A stretch of DNA of 64,000 nucleotides from Lama guanicoe. Its lineage: Eukaryota. The translations under genes were made by a program, and so were the position numbers. The number at the start of each line of letters is the position of its first letter. The first letter of the stretch is position 1. Where the stretch lies: contig MU054338.1 in NCBI GenBank assembly GCA_013239625.1, forward strand, positions 4,117,371-4,181,370, read 5' to 3'. The notes under the pieces are model-generated. The model was given only the letters and a program-made list of their open reading frames with translations. It was not told the origin of the DNA and did not search any database. Positions 62,751-64,000 of this stretch are shown in pieces.

Positions 62751-64000
62751 ATTTAGAGACAGGACAAAGGACAGTAGGATAGAGGGAAATTTTGTCTGAG
62801 AGCACAGCCCGCACCTAAGCCAGCCCTCTCTCCCTGCCTTCTGTGGGGTGGGCTGCACAGGGAACTTTCTGGACTGCAGGGACTGCTGGGGAATGCAGAG
62901 AGGAGGGTTCCAGAACCCTAGATCTTCTTCTCAGCTTCCAGGCATGAGCACACTCAGCCCCCTCCTATTTTACAGGGGAGGCTACTGAGGACCAGAAAGG
63001 GTCAGTATCTCTAGATCAGGAGACGCAAAAGCTGGGGTGGCGTCAGGGACCCCTTGAATCTCAAACTCTTGCCTCTTAGCCCTGAGAAGTAGTGAGGTCA
63101 AAGGTAACAGAGTCAGAGCAACCTGGGCATGCCAGTCCTCTGCTCCTCTCCCCACCTCCAAAAAAAATCTCTCCTGGTCCTGCCACGTTCAAATCTCAGC
63201 TCTGAGTACCCGGGTGACCCTGGGCATATCTTTCAACCTCCCTGAATGCCAGCTTCCTCGCCTTGCCTAGAAACTGGGATTAACTCTATACATTGTATGT
63301 TGTGCCTAGCACCCAATGCCACTGTGAAGAGGAAATGAGGTTTGTCAGGCCAAATGTTTAGTATGATGCCTGGCACACAGTAAGTGCTCAGTAAAGGCCC
63401 CTGTCACACACATGATTGCATGCTCGCCATTTATTAGCACGTACTAGGTGCAGGGCACGGAGAGAAGGATGATGCCTCCTCACCCACCATCCTGGGAGTC
63501 CAGGGATACAAGCAAACCGCCTTCCTCATGATGTCCCCAGCACCCTGCACAGGAGCGCATGCCTGCACGTGCCGTTGGCTGCATCTTTCAAGCTTTAGTT
63601 AAAAGCCACTACCATCTAGGCATCCAAGATTTTTGAGCCCTTCCAACATGGCCCCCATAACAGGAGCTAGAGGAAGGATGACCTAGAACTGAGGGGTTTC
63701 CTGGGACATGAGACTTACAGTGCCGAGACCAGAAGAGTCCCCGCAAATCAGGATGAGTTGGTCACCCGGGACTGGGGATACAGCTGAGATACAGTTGCCT
63801 CCTCCAGGAAGCCCTCCCTGATCCACTCCTCCATCAGAGGCTCAGGAGCCGCCTCTGGGCTCTGTGAAGTTGCCTGTGCACCTCCCATCACAGCACCATC
63901 ACCCTGGCTTGTGACTGTCTGGAGTCACACCCATGTCCTTTGCTCCAGGAGAGCAGAGATCAGTTCTTTTGCTGCATGGCTGAGTTTCTAGAACCTACCA

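Noticed and set aside
50293..64000. Search for ACER1 exon 1 (MPSIFAYQSSEVDWCE-like)
   Set aside because: Not found by eye. It probably lies beyond the right edge, so this is not evidence of pseudogenisation.
1..64000. CRISPR arrays, operons or prokaryotic defence systems
   Set aside because: Intron-containing mammalian DNA; no repeat-spacer array or prokaryotic ORF organisation.

Overview
Mammalian genomic DNA, most likely camelid: it carries short tRNA-Ala-derived SINEs resembling the camelid vic-1 family, and I saw no Alu, Bov-tA or PRE-1 copies. The window holds parts of two minus-strand genes in the order known from human 19p13.3. MLLT1/ENL has its CpG-island promoter at about 32.9-33.7 kb and coding exons 1-3 (first 92 aa of the YEATS domain) at 33178-33167, 24056-23876 and 16019-15937; later exons lie left of the window. 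ACER1 (alkaline ceramidase 1) has coding exons 2-6 at 50292-44761; exon 1 was not found and probably lies right of the window. All splice sites are GT-AG and both frames are intact. The rest is intron and intergenic DNA rich in L1, MaLR/ERVL LTRs, DNA-transposon fossils, MIR/L2 and SINEs, with a 181-N gap. I found no new biological system. The best leads are local: a uORF in the MLLT1 leader, a frame-preserving ACER1 intron, an old local duplication, a nested retro-insertion carrying an unidentified 3'UTR-like fragment, a SINE dimer inside one target-site duplication (TSD), and a strong CTCF site between the genes. Repeat subfamily names and human comparisons are from recall and need RepeatMasker/BLAST confirmation.
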